Both the position numbers and the translations under genes were made by a program. DNA of 64,000 nt from contig NC_043007.1 in NCBI RefSeq assembly GCF_006345805.1, forward strand, positions 3,162,001-3,226,000, written 5' to 3'. Shown here piece after piece: positions 38,888 to 52,676 of this stretch. Each line of letters starts with the position of its first letter. Within the stretch, counting starts at the first letter, position 1. Under the pieces are notes generated by a model. The model was not told the DNA's origin. It worked only from the letters and a program-made list of their open reading frames with translations, and searched no databases. The stretch is from Octopus sinensis (lineage: Eukaryota).

Positions 38888-40184
38888 ATATATGATGGCT
38901 TTCTTTCGGCTTCCCGCCACAAAATCTACTCACAACGTGTCCGTCGATCCGAGACTATGGTAAAATACACATGATACACAGTAGGTACCAAGCAGCGGGA
39001 GTGAACCAGGATCGATATAGTTGCGAAGCAAAGTTCTCACCACCCACAGCGACGCCTACGTCTTTCATAGAAATATTTGGTGTCACGGAGAATGAGCAAA
39101 AGAAGCTAATACGGATTCTCCAAATCCTCACCAACTCAACCACAAATTTATAAACACCGAGAATTCTCATAACTCAAAGTTTTATCACTTTGTTAGCGAC
39201 CAGCTTGAACTTTCTCAAAAGGAACTTATATAAAACTCTTTATAAAACCACACAAAACAAAACCATTACGAACACCACTTTACTACAGCTTCCATTTCTG
39301 CCTAACCAAATTAGCATTCTCAACAATATATTTCTATATGAACCAAATATAGCTTCTGCCTTCACAGGCTATGACGTTAATTCAATATGAATTTCTACAA
39401 TCTTGTGGTTCAACAAGTTTTCTGTCATAAAGGATTGGTTGTCTTCTAAATTTTGATTTTATCATGTAGAAAAATTTCGTCTCTCTGTGTTAACTCAGAG
39501 ACGACCATATAGAAAATTATCCATTGAAGAAGAATCTGCACTGTCATACACTTGGTTAAAATATAGCCTAGTACTTTACAAATCCTTATATATCGTTTTG
39601 ACAATAGTTAGATATATGGATATATTAATCCTAAATATGTACGAGAAAAGGAAATTGGGTAAAACTTGGCTTCGTCCATGCTTGAATGATGCTGATTCAA
39701 ACTCAATCTAAAGGCGACAAAATCAAGAGGAATTCACAGAACAATGTCAACGGAAAGTAGGAAAGATAAATGCTTTCCGAAAAAACACAAACACAGTCAA
39801 ATATCATTCACAAAACAAAATATAGATAGACACTACGTGTGTGTGTGTGTGTGTGCCAATATACATAAATACGTACGTATATAAATGATCACACTTGAAA
39901 GATCTTTCAAAGCAACGGTTTATGATAGGGAACATAAGAAATATTAAAGTAGCAAAGACAATAATTATATTAAATGCCATTATTATTATGTCCACTCTTC
40001 ACACCACTCCAGGCCAGACTGGAGTCATTAAAACTCATACATCAAATATGCGTCTTATATGTGATTTAATGAATGCCATAAGGATAATAACATTAGTAAT
40101 ATTCATTTGTACTGTAGGCACTAAGCCTGATATTTCGGGGTGGGCCAGGAAATTGCATCAACCGAACCGCTCAATGATAATAAC

Positions 40185-40262
<78 letters not shown>

Positions 40263-40302
40263 AAGAAGAAGAAGAACAACAACAACAACAACAACAACAA
40301 CA
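40185..40302. repeat. Compound (AAT)n-(AAG)n-(AAC)n trinucleotide repeat
   Basis: Direct inspection. Confidence 0.95.
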
Positions 40303-40854
40303 AATGTCCTGATGCAGTACCAGGCAGTGGCTCTCGTGGCTTCTGATCTTAACTGGTTGGAAGTGTTATCATGTACATTGTTTTGTCTTGGTATAAAAGA
40401 TGGGTTTTACAGCAAATATTCTGCGCAATACCACAGATTTGCTTGTCAGTTGTTTGATCTTAACCAGTTGAGCATGTCCCTTAGTGGCTGACGATATGTG
40501 CATCTCTGATCACAAGCAGAAATAGTGGGGGAGCATCATAGCCATGTGTTGAGAGGGATTCTTTGGGGTTTGAATGTTTCATCTTTGGAAACATGGGTGG
40601 TTCATTCAATATCCTAAAGCAAACATTATTCAGAGTCCTTGAGCAAAACACTTTATTTCACCTTTCTCCAGTCCACTCAGCTAGCGAAAATACGTTGTAC
40701 CTGTAATCCAAACGGCTGGCCTTGTCAGATTCCGTATCAAGCTGAATCTCCCCAAGAACTACGTTAAGGAGTACTCAGCCATTTGCACGTTAATTTCATG
40801 ACCAGGCTGTTCCTTTGGTCGCATCACCTAGAACCTTTAGCATCGTCTTTTGCT

Positions 40855-41034
40855 CTCTTATTTTTTAAGTATTTTGACTGATGCCATGCTGGAGCACCGC
40901 CTTTAATCGAATAACACGACCCCTAGACTTATTCTTTGTAAGATTAGTACTTATTCTATCGAACTTAAGGAGACGTAAACACGCCAGAATCAGTGTCAAG
41001 CGATGGTGGGCGGACAAACACACACTTATGTATT

Positions 41035-41091
<57 letters not shown>

Positions 41092-41250
41092 GGCGGGCTT
41101 CTCTCAGTTTCCATCTACCAAATCCACTTGCAAATCTTTGGTCGGCCCGAAGCTATACTAGAAGACACTTGCCCAAGGTGCCACGCAGTGGGACTGAACT
41201 CAGATCCATGCGATTGGGAAGCAAGCTTCTTACTACACAGCCACTCCTGC
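40855..41250 (-). mobile_element. SINE family B, full length
   Basis: Homologous to 16112-16531, with a central (TA)n. Confidence 0.85.
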
Positions 41251-41390
41251 TTTGAACGCTTTTTAAAAATGTCTTATTTGATAGGATTGATATGCGATCT
41301 AAGAATGTAGAGTAGCACTTCATCTGTGTCAAATACAAATTCAACTGCTTGATGCGTCACCTGTAACTCTCCGGTGGTTTTCAACTGAAT

Positions 41391-41777
41391 TCCCTCCACC
41401 TTAACGAGGGCAGAGGTATTGTCTTCAGTCATATTTGTTTGTTTGATTGTTTGATGGTGGACAAGATATCTCAAGAACCGATGGATGGATTCGGATGAAA
41501 CTTTCAGGGATGTTTGTCCTCTTGACTGACACCAACTGATTAGATTTTGGGATCGATCCGGTACCGAACAAGAATTCTGGATTATTTACCCCAACCATTT
41601 TTTTATTCACTTAATTTTTGAGAGCGGTCGGGTTCACTTTAAGTATTCTCGTTTGTGAGAGCAGTCGAATTTATTTCAGATATTCTCATTTAAAAAAAAA
41701 AATGATCTCTGGCGAATCATTGAGAGGACGGTGCTGTTGCCTTGGCGGAGGTTTGCGCTGTCTGAGTTCTCTTGGTT
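41391..41777 (+). mobile_element. Helentron-associated non-autonomous element (HINE/DINE-1-like)
   Basis: 5' hairpin CCTCCACCTT..AGGGCAGAGG, a (TTTG)n stretch, core GGATGGATTCGGATGAAACTT, and 3' CCTTGGCGGAGGTTTGCGCT.TCTGAGT followed by a T-rich end. This is the typical HINE architecture. Confidence 0.6.
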
Positions 41778-42059
41778 TTTATACTTTCGTTTCCCAGAGG
41801 AAATGTGGTAAAGTTTGCTCAAAGGTTTGCAAAAGATTTTTAGAATATCTAAAACATAGGAAGGAACTGATTCTGTTGAAATATCAACGGCGTTGTCTTG
41901 TCTGGTTTTTTCTATATGTATATAATTTTGTCCGCATATATATTACAGCCTATACTGCGACTGATACAAATGCGTATGCACATACATATTTAATAGGAAT
42001 TGGCAGATCGAGTGTCGGAGAGTAACACGATGATCTCGACGCTAATGTAATTTGTTGTT

Positions 42060-42181
42060 TGGTGTGCATATGTGTGTGTATGTGTGTCTGTTTCTGTAAG
42101 TATGTGCGATGTGTATGTATGTTATATATGAATATGCGCCTGTGTATGCATGTATATGTATGTATATATATATATATAATG

Positions 42182-42276
<95 letters not shown>

Positions 42277-42376
42277 CTATATATATATATATATGTATAT
42301 ATATGTATATATATAAATATATATATGTATATATATATATATACATATATACATAAACACACATATATATATATAT

Positions 42377-42411
<35 letters not shown>

Positions 42412-42492
42412 TAGATATATGTATTTATACATATATATATGTATTCATATAAATATATATATACATGTATATATACATATATATATATATAC

Positions 42493-42524
<32 letters not shown>

Positions 42525-42684
42525 ACATATATATACATGCATAAACACATACATACAGACACACACATATATATATATAAGTATATGAATATATACAGAC
42601 GCACACCTTATGTTTTTTTTTAGTACCTTATGTTTTTTTTTAGTACCACGTACACAGACATTCACATCTATATGTATATTTATT

Positions 42685-42747
<63 letters not shown>

Positions 42748-42790
42748 CGTGAGCGTGTATGTGCGTGTGCGTATGTGTGTGTGTACATGT
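42060..42790. repeat. Long compound (TA)/(TG)/(GA)/(CA) microsatellite region
   Basis: Direct inspection. Confidence 0.95.
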
Positions 42791-43357
42791 GTTTGTGTTA
42801 TACTTATATTCTTTCCCAAAAGGAAATATAAACAGTAATGAGCACGTGCTGTGATATGAAATATAATAGTTAAGCAGATATTATTAATAAAACATAAAAG
42901 GAAAAACCTATTCGCCGCTGAAACACAAAGTTTGAATTTTAATGAAACATAATAAAGGCAGCAACATTATTCATTATGTTTAATCTTAATATAAAGATTT
43001 TACACTTGGCCCTCGTTGTTCACGTCTAAGCGGTTTTCTATGTTCCTGCCTACTTCATATTTTATCCTCTTTTACCCCCCGCACTTTTCATTCACTCTCA
43101 ACGTCTCACTCATTTAATCACCCAATTTTCTAATCTTTTCTCCCTCGCTCTTCCCCCCCCCTCTCTCTCTCTCTCTCTTTCTTTCCTCCTCGTTTTACGC
43201 CCTTTGTCTCTCTCTCTCTCTCTCTCCCTGTCAGTATTTACATTAGCCTCTTTCTTCTGTTCAGCCTTCTTCTTGTCTCATACACACACACAGTCATCTT
43301 AATTGAAATGCTTTCCCTACACTCAAAGCATAAGCAATTACCTTTCAAGAAAGGGAA

Positions 43358-43358
43358 T

Positions 43359-43398
<40 letters not shown>

Positions 43399-43408
43399 TG
43401 TTGTTGCT

Positions 43409-43473
<65 letters not shown>

Positions 43474-43540
43474 TGTTGTTGTTGTTGTTGTTGTTGCTGC
43501 TGTAGTAGTAGTAGTATAGTAGTAGTAGTAGTAGTAGTAG

Positions 43541-43581
<41 letters not shown>

Positions 43582-43582
43582 G
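43358..43582. repeat. Compound (AGT)n/(GTT)n/(ACT)n trinucleotide repeat with an internal palindrome
   Basis: (TAG)n switches to its reverse complement (TAC)n at the axis 43541/43542. Confidence 0.9.
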
Positions 43583-43849
43583 TAATTTTACACCACGGTA
43601 AAATTACGACCTGATTTTAAAGCAAGTTGATGCAAGTAGTTTATCCCACCCCCTCCGACTTTTAGTTCATGCCATTGAAAAAAAACATTATTTATGGGAT
43701 GACCCAATATATTAAATGGGAAATGGACAAAATTGCAAGAATATATTATGAGTTTTGAATTCTAGTATACAGAGCTAATATAGAAAAGCTATCCCTATGG
43801 AACTGTGAAACAACCACTTAGATAGGAACAGGGCAAACCCCAACTCGCA

Positions 43850-44330
43850 CCGACATCTTCTCTGATTACTTTATGCAAATCTATTCCTCGAACTGAATAC
43901 TCCAGTATCTTGTGTTCAAACATAAATTTTAAACATTTCACAAAGCCTCTCATTTATTCGGATGTAGAGGGTTTGTTGGAGACAGTGTGAGACGACTGTT
44001 GTTATCGTAAGGCCTAACTCATCGTAAAGGTAAATACCGTCACGACCGATAACCAAACTACAATAGAGAAGGCTAGCCACTGGATTTGGTTAAAAAGAGA
44101 CGATGAGCGATGGCTAGAAGAATATTGAGCTTTATTTGATATCCAGTTGATCTAGCAAGCGGGGTCTCATATCAGTGAGGGAGGCCGGTGCGCATTGATG
44201 CCGTCGAGAGGTAGGCCCGAAACGGCGCGCGTTCTCTCTTCATGACTCCGTACATTTGCTGGCTTCCGGTAAAACGAGTTCTCGACTGGTAGCACTTGCG
44301 TGTGCAAGTTGTTTGCAAGACACCGGGTAT
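43850..44330 (+). mobile_element. Hero/NeSL-like RLE LINE C-terminus plus 3' UTR remnant
   Basis: GCRGFVGDSVRRLLLS*GLTHRK/VNTVTTDNQTTIEKASHWIWLKRDDERWLEEY* (43960-44128) matches the Hero-type 'EVGCRGF..AEKASxWxWLKR..W' C-terminal signature. Confidence 0.65.
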
Positions 44331-44731
44331 TTTTCACTAAAAGTCTATCATTTTGTGGCTCAGTGTAATCACATCACATTTTGTCATAAATCAACAAGAC
44401 GTTACTGTTGCTCTGTGCCAGTTTAGTGCGCATATCCATCAGATTCTTGCTATTGATTCGATCAGCATCACATTTTTTAACTCTGTAGCTACACAAATGG
44501 CATTTCACAGATGATTTCCAGGCATCTATTGGTTTTTAGATTAGACTCATTCTAGTTTTCTTCCTTCGTGTTTCTTTGTTTTCTGTCGGTGTCGGTTTCA
44601 CTCCCTTTTCATGATCTTTACTCGTTAAATAACGCCCAAGCGATACTGTGAGACAAACGTTAGAAGCTTTTAGTTTCTATTTAGGACAAGACGTCTTTGA
44701 TTCTTGGTGCCTCACATCGTCGGCTCCCTAG

Positions 44732-45080
44732 TGCTGCTGCTGCTGCTGAGACCCCCCTCGGTCATGACTGACCATGCGATTGCACCTAGAAAGTTACCCT
44801 CCCAGGTACAAGTCCGGGCACGGTTGTTTATGGAAGACCAGCAGTCGCCCATGCATACCGGCCACCCCTCTCCACGCCACTGATGTTATCCAAGGGAAAG
44901 GCAAAGGGGCCGATACAGCTTGGCACCTGTGTCGTCGCAATTCATTTCTACAGCTGAGTAAACTGGAGCAACGTGAAATAAAGTGTCTTGCTCAAGAACA
45001 CAACACGCAGCCCGGTCCGAGATTGGAACTCACAACCTCACGAACGTAAGCTCGACGCTCTAACCACTGAGCCATGCGCC
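44732..45080 (-). mobile_element. tRNA-derived SINE, family D (CORE-like centre), with an (AGC)n tail
   Basis: Head GGCGCATGGCTCAGTGGTTAGAGCG..GAGTTCCAATC, centre GTGTTCTTGAGCAAGACACTTTATTTCAC..CTCAGCTGTAGAAATG. Confidence 0.8.
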
Positions 45081-45124
45081 TAGTGCTATTGATTATCAGG
45101 TGATTTCGTCGTCTCCTACCTCTG

Positions 45125-45800
45125 CAGGGGTTTTTGTCCGCATGTATTTTTATAGTTCCCAAAGAACCTATGTTTATAGGAATGTTTTCAGTTTTCAGAT
45201 CCGATAATAGCGTTATCACTATTTCAAAACTTTTAACGTAATATAATTTCTCCGTCTCCTTTAGAGACGCATTACCGCCATTATTTGGTACTGATACAGC
45301 GATTAGGAGACATTTCTATTCCGTGTGGTCCTTGACGATAATATCTGGTCAATTAGTCTTAATTTCTCTGGCTTTGTGCATTAGCATATACCAATGTATG
45401 GCTGTTTTACCATTCTCGGAGACAATGTTTCTCTTATATGTCTATTTTATCACTTATTTCATAGTGTTGCCATAATTTCCAATGTAATTCTGAACTCTGT
45501 TATGTCTTGGAAAAGAATGAGTTTCCGCAAGCAATGTAATCATTTCTTCTCCACCCCATCATCTTCGGCAGTTACCGGATATTTCTCTATCATTATATAC
45601 TTTCGGTGGTTTCTGATGGAGATGCTTTAGTTTTGGGCCGCAATCAAGAATCCTTCAATGTCTTTGCGTTGAGTCATGCGCTTCTCAACCAGTGCTCTTT
45701 GTCTACTTCCATTTATGTCCGTTTTTGTTTCCAGTTCCGGCCATCATGTGGGGCTCTTCTTGCCACTAATAATTACGGCACTCTCTTGTCCCAAAGTTAG
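45125..45800 (-). mobile_element. Old R4/Dong-like RLE LINE fragment, same lineage as 9.4-10.5 kb
   Basis: Decayed EGFLIAAQN, WKLWQHYE, *PDIIVKDHTE*KCLLIAVSVP, SLKETEK and LKTENIPINIGSLGTIK. Confidence 0.7.
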
Positions 45801-46911
45801 TTTTAGTGTTAATCGTTTCATGCTTTATATTATTGTTTCTCAATTTATTTCCTCCGTAGCTCTTTACTACCGCAGCATCTGATTCGCATTTGTCGACTCC
45901 TTAGATGGCAGAAAGAACTCTTTTGTTTTATTCTTTTACTTGTTTCAGTCATTTGACTGAAGCCATGCTGGAGCACCACCTTTAGCCGAACAAATGAACC
46001 CCAGGACTTATTCTTTATGAATTAATACTTATTGAGATTTTTGCATTAATTTTGCGCATTAATTTGTGTAACCGTACAGTGGTTAAATATAATTGTTTTC
46101 TATTTTTATCAAACATCTTACAGCTTTTTATTTATAGTAAATATAGATTATCAATGTCACACTCTGGGCCGTGTATTCTAAACTCATTCATTATTCTCCT
46201 TATTCGCGCGCGTTTCGTCTCACTAGTTTATTTCGCGTTCAATTGACGATATTAAAATTGTAATTTATGGCTGCGACAGCCAGAGTAACGATGCCAATTA
46301 CTTACTTTCTCTTTCATTTTAGTTCTAATTAAAATGTGATTTTAATGTGTCTGTGGTATTCCTTTCATCATTTCTTTCATGTCAATGTGTTTCGCATTGT
46401 CTACTTCATTGAAACCCAGTACATTTGTATGTCTGCGTTTGGTCTAATTCTCTTATCTCAATTTCGGAATCTTGTATAATATTAGTGTTCTAAATTAATT
46501 TTCTCCTGCTCTGTAGTATGACATTAGTCTCCTCAATTAATTTTTGTCTCTAGTATGATGTTTGTGCTTTTAATTTATTGCTGGCAGAGCAGGCGGAATC
46601 GTTGAGGCGCCGGGTAAAATGTCTGGCGGCTATTTCTTCCGTCTTTATGTGCTGAGTTCATATTTCACTGAGGATACTTTTGCTTTGATCATAAAATAAT
46701 TATCAGTTGAGCTCTGGGGTCTTTGTAATCTACTTGACCCCAATCCCGTAGTTACTGACCTTGTACCAAAACTTGAAACCACTATTATTTATTGTCTTTC
46801 TACAGCCTCTAACGCTGGAGATGTACCACGGTGCCAGCTCTTCACTACCAGTGAACTAAGGAAAGACATTATTATTATTATTATTGTTGTTGTTGTTGTT
46901 GTTGTTGTTGT

Positions 46912-46942
<31 letters not shown>

Positions 46943-47766
46943 AAGAAGAAGAAGAAGAAGAAGAAGAGCATTGTTGCTGTTATCATTTTTAAAAGACGGC
47001 GGATTAACAGAATCGTAACCATGTTTGTTCTGGTGCTTTACATTCTGAATTTAAGCCTTGCATATCTAGGGTTGATATAATATATTACCAACAAGCAATG
47101 ACGTCGATAGAATTGATTGATCTCACCTTCTGCAGAGTTTAGTGACCTTCAGCCTAAATTAAATATTTTTATACTAATTATTTCATTCTGTCATAAAATC
47201 TAGAGACTGTATTCAGAAAACTTTATAAGCATCTATTAGCTATATTAAAATTTATATCAGCTCAAAACTCTTTAATAATTCTATATTGCCGTAACATAAT
47301 GCAAATGAGGAATTTATATTGAAAATAATGTTATTTCCATTAAAGCATTTTAACAAATTTAGAATATTAGAATATATAAATATACGAATTGATATTAATG
47401 TTATATATAATACAAAATATAAATACGGTAATTTTATAAATTGATGCTTTATAGCACAGTGAAAACGGGAAATGTACTAAATAATACTACCCAAATCGAC
47501 TCAACAGACAGATAAAGAACATGAACCTATAAATGATTAATGATTAGATTAATGATTATGCATATGTATATAAACAAGTTTTGCTAATTGGAATATGGAA
47601 TATTAATAAATAATGGAAGAACTATTTGTAGCGTTTCACTTATTCTGATGTTTTGATTTTAATGGTATGTTATACGTCTCCGAAAGAAACACAAAGAAAC
47701 GTGTTCTTTAGCACATCAGCCAATTGTGTAAGCGTTAATAATATTATGTCATATGAATTGTTAATA

Positions 47767-48245
47767 CAGGGTGCCCCCCCCCCACACACAAAAAAAACAG
47801 AATCCACTACACTGAATGAAGCTGTTAATTTTGGGACATCACTGAGAAGACGCAAAGGGATAGATCAAGATGAAAATTGGTTCCAACCAGACGGGGCCAC
47901 CCCTACGCATCAAATAACTCCCTAGTCTGGTGAGAGAGCGATTTCAGGAGAGACTGAACAACAGGAATTGTGACGTTGAGTGGAAACCGCATTGTACCCA
48001 AAAGATGGGGGCATCTCGAGGATAATATTTACCAAACAATTGTTGAACTGAAGGCAGCAATCACAGTAGAAATCAGGGAAATCCCCAGAGAGGAATTTGT
48101 TCGAGGAATTGACAATTTTGCGCGACTTATGCAAGTGTTCTTCCAACGCCTCGAAGAAAACGAACGTACACACACCGAAGTTTAAGTCTTTTCTAAGATT
48201 TAATAAAAATTTTGCCTGGGTTCTGTTTTCTGGGGGTTCACCCTC
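47767..48245 (+). mobile_element. Internally deleted Tc1/mariner element with both TIRs and a TA target duplication
   Basis: TA|CAGGGTG..AAAACAGAATCCA and TGGGTTCTGTTTTC..CACCCTC|TA. Internal WFQPDGATP and WGHLEDNIYQTIVELKAAITVEIREIP..NFARLMQV. Confidence 0.85.
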
Positions 48246-49868
48246 TATTTGGATTATGAGGTGATGTGATGGCACATATTCACAATTCAGTAATAAGCAA
48301 TGTTAACGTTATTTTCTGTAAGCTTGATATGTAGTTTGTTTTGTTCTTTTTTCTTACTGTTATTTGCTAGAGAAAGTTTTTGTCGATAGATTGAGGCTTT
48401 AGAAACATGCGATTCCCCTTGATTGAGAAAGAAAGAGAGATTCAGAAAGAGAGCAGATATTAAGCTTTTTACAATTAGAGAAGTGTTTCACGTACTCAGA
48501 TTGGAATGTTATCAGTTTATATTGGATATATATGCCGGGAAATTCCAGGTCCAACTGCAACTCACATTAATGATACGCCTTTTAATTATGATATGTTTCC
48601 TAATGTCTAAGTAAAAACGTATATTTATTAGGTTAAAGAAAACGAACATTTAAACTATCTGGCGCATTATACCATACAATATTTCCTTTACAATTTCTGC
48701 GTTTTTCGTAGTAGTGCTGTTGTGTATACAAGTTGTTTTGTTTGAGAAGATAATGCCTGTTAATGTGCCTGTCTTTATACTAAAGAATAGCATGGTTAAA
48801 GAGCTCCTTTCTTAAGAATAAGCTTAACATATGTGCATGTCGGAAACTCTTCTAAAGTAAAACAAAGATTCACCATGGTACTAATTCATAAAATGCCACA
48901 TCGTATGATTGCATGGAATTAGTAAAAGTTCCCGGCCATTACGCTTAACCCTACAACAATTCTCGTAAACGAACAAAGATCCTGTGCTGTGCATAATAAT
49001 ATTATCAGACTTGTGAAGAGAATAGCACCTCTTCAGATCACTAAATCTTTTTTCAGGAAGGAATATTATCTTAGGCACATAGAATGTTTCTATATAAAAC
49101 TGCATAAACTCAGAAATGTATTTCTTATAATGCTAGATAAACACGTGATTACGGATTTAAAAAATCCCTTTTTGTTGACCCTACCTGTCTCATTTTCTTG
49201 GATGCACAAATTTACGTTTGCTGTTAGCGGGATAACCCTCTTATGGTCTTTAAGAGTAATGTATGTTTAATGTAGTGCTAAAGTTTCTACTTTTACTTCT
49301 GAAGTAACAGCATGAAAAGTATTAGATTTAAATTTGGTGATATTGTTGGAAGCTATGTATGTATAATATATGCACATAATGGTTCTAAGTATGCATTTCT
49401 TTATTCACAAGATATTTAATAGCAATAGCAATGTGAGGTGTAGTAGCTTCACTATGTCACTAATTGCACAACTTCTATAAGAAGAAAAATAGATTACATT
49501 ACAAACACGCTAAACTTACTCCTTTTTTCCCTAATATCTCTCCTCCCAATGACATCTGGCAATGTAACGACTCCGTTTATCGAACTAGATTCTCTCTGGC
49601 AAATAAGAGTGAAACAAATAACTGTCCTAGAGAACATACAGAGGATAATTTTTAAAGGATTCTCACAAGGTGTTTTACATTCAACTAAACAGAATAATGC
49701 GTCACCGCTAAAATATTTCATTGTACCTGGAGTTTAAAGACCGATACCATGATACCATCACTGCTAAAAAGGTGAGCTCTGTCCCTCGAAGAAGTATATC
49801 CTATTACAATTTTGTGTTATGAATAAACAATTTAGAATTGATTAGACTTTATAAATTTAGAGTTTATA

Positions 49869-50066
49869 GGCGTAGGAGTGGCTGTGTGGTAAGTAGCTTG
49901 CTTACCAGCCACATGGTTCCGGGTTCGGTCCCACTGCGTGGCACCTTGGGCAAGTATCTTCTACTATAGTCTCGGGCCGACCAAAGCCTTGTGTGTGGAT
50001 TTGGTAGACGGAAACTGTAAGAAGCCCGTCATATATATATATACATACATACATATATATATACAT

Positions 50067-50103
<37 letters not shown>

Positions 50104-50111
50104 ATATATAT

Positions 50112-50166
<55 letters not shown>

Positions 50167-50392
50167 GCATGTGTGTTGTTTGTGTGTCTGTGTTTGTCCC
50201 CCCAATATCATTTGACAACTGATGCTGGTGTGTTTACGTCCCCGTAACTTAGCAGTTCGGCAAAAAAAGACCGATAGAATAAGTACTAGGCTTACAAACA
50301 ATAAGTCCTTAGGGTCGATTTACTCGACTAAAAGGCGGTGCTCCAGCATGGCCACAGTCAAATTACCGAAACAAGTAAAAGAGTAAAAGAGT
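49869..50392 (+). mobile_element. SINE family B, full length, with an expanded central microsatellite
   Basis: GGCGTAGGAGTGGCTGTGTGG..GGTTCGGTCCC.., a (TA)/(CA) tract of about 140 bp, and a tail ending (GAGTAAAA)n. Confidence 0.9.
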
Positions 50393-50515
50393 AATTGATA
50401 AACTTTAGCACGTAGCACTATTTATACATCCGTCAGAATTTCTAAATAACATCTTATTTAAATAATCCATTCCGCACATATTTGGCCGTTTCATGCACTG
50501 AATATTACCCATACA

Positions 50516-50897
50516 TCTCTCTCTATATAAACGGCAGCTTGTCTGTGTGTGTTTCTGTGTGTCTGTCAGCTTGTACCCTCACCCTGACCACGGCTTTCAA
50601 CCGATTCTGATGAAACTTGACACACACATAGCCCAATGTCATAATTCAAAACTAACGCAGCGAAAATTTTGAAAAGTTCCCTCAGTTCTGAAAAAAATCG
50701 ATAAATTCGATATGGGGTCGAGAATCAGAAACACAAACCACAGACTGTCTAGGGGACGCAACTCCACCTTTTTAACTCAAAAATAAATTTACCACAATTT
50801 TTTTCCCATTTTTGGCTATTTTTTGGCTATAACTCTCTAAAAATGCTTTATAGTTATTTCCCTTACAAACCCGAGCAACGCCGGGCGATACTGCTAG
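50516..50897 (+). mobile_element. Non-autonomous Helitron (382 bp)
   Basis: A|TC 5' end, subterminal GC hairpin CCCGAGCAACGCCGGG (50870-50885), CTAG|T 3' end, no target duplication. Confidence 0.85.
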
Positions 50898-51354
50898 TTG
50901 TAACTGAAATCATTTATATTCAACAAAACCTAACTACACTAACATTTGTCACATTACTTTCTTTAGTGTATTTTGTAGCTTTATATACACAGACTCCATG
51001 AAAATATTGTGGTTTGTGTGTGAAGAGAAGAACACGTCACGTATTCTGTGCATGACAATTAAAAAGATGTTCAACAGCTTTAATAAATTATTTTGCGGGA
51101 GAAGACAATGAAGCCACGACAACTAATCATATTTGGGTGTGTTGACTCATAATTTTGCTCTTGTAGTGTCACACTTATTTTCTGTTTCTCCGTCTGAATG
51201 AATAATTGTCTATGTGAAACTTAGAAGATTTAAAGAAATATACAAAATCTCCGTATCATGCGATTTTTTTTTCTTCGTGTACAAGCGTTCAGCAATCCAC
51301 ACATACCCACACAATCACAGGCACACATGTATATGTGTATATATATATATATAT

Positions 51355-51495
<141 letters not shown>

Positions 51496-51502
51496 TATAT
51501 AT

Positions 51503-51534
<32 letters not shown>

Positions 51535-51543
51535 ATATATATA

Positions 51544-51593
<50 letters not shown>

Positions 51594-52443
51594 GTATGTA
51601 TGCATATATACATATCTGTATGTTCGTGTGTGTTTGTGCATATATACGTATAACTGTATACATATCTACATGTATCCATGTATGTAAGTATAAATGTATG
51701 TGAATATAGATGCATATATCTGTTTGTTTCGCTGCTTCATGTCATTGTTTGCGATAACAATAGCAAGATCGAGTTTCCATTATTCCTATTAATCATTTAG
51801 TGCTGTCATTTCAATATTGAATGTTACTTCATTGCTATTGTTTTCGCCATTAACCGCGAATACGTAACTGATCTGATTTTTTTTCTTTTATAAAACCGCA
51901 TGACATTTTTATTGCTATGTCAAAAGTATTGTATTTCCTTTCGACAAGAAACAAGTGGGGATAATATAGTCGCTTGAATCGACACTAGTATATCAGTAAT
52001 GTATATTTCATCGGTTCCCAATAGGGGAACAACAAAGTGAAGCTCCCGTGGAATTTTTACGCAGAATGACGTTGAACGAAGCTATGAGATTCAAGGCATT
52101 TATTTGGTAAAGTGCTGTTCCCATTTTAATATCCACTATTTTTCGATATCAAATGTATTAGTTTCCTTTTGTTTGTTTGTTTTTGATTGGATAAAAAACT
52201 CGATATCTATTTTACTTCCTTAATGGGCAAACCAGCGGAGGAATAGTAGCGTGGTAACTCTTGTCAGAGTCTTGGATTGTAGTTGGAGGAGGAAAAGAAT
52301 TTATCATCATACTCGAGGCGTGGTCTGTCTGAACACTGCTAAACGCAACTAAGAACCAAGTAAAATATTCTTTTCTACGCTAGGCATAAGGCCCGAAGTT
52401 TTGGGGGAGGTGGCCAGTCGATTCGATCAACCCCAGTACGCAA

Positions 52444-52672
52444 GGCGGCGAGCGGGCAGTATCGTTAGCACGCCGGGCGAAATGCTTCGCGGTATTTCGT
52501 CTGCCGCTACGTCCTGAGTTCAAATTCCGCCGAGGACGACTTTGCCTTTCATCCTTTCGGGGTCGATTAAATAAGGACCAGTTACGCACTGGGATCGATG
52601 TAATCAACTTAATCCGTTTGTCTGTCCTTGTTTGTCCCCTCTGTATTTAGCCCCTTGTGGGTAGTAAAGAAG
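52444..52672 (+). mobile_element. SINE family A, full length
   Basis: Close to the consensus of the other copies. Confidence 0.9.
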
Positions 52673-52676
52673 TAAG

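Noticed and set aside
46200-46300. Enhancer-like unique sequence with homeodomain-type motifs (TAATTTATGG); similar at 28480-28610 and 51730-51880
   Set aside because: Short AT-rich motifs arise by chance here; conservation or chromatin data would be needed.
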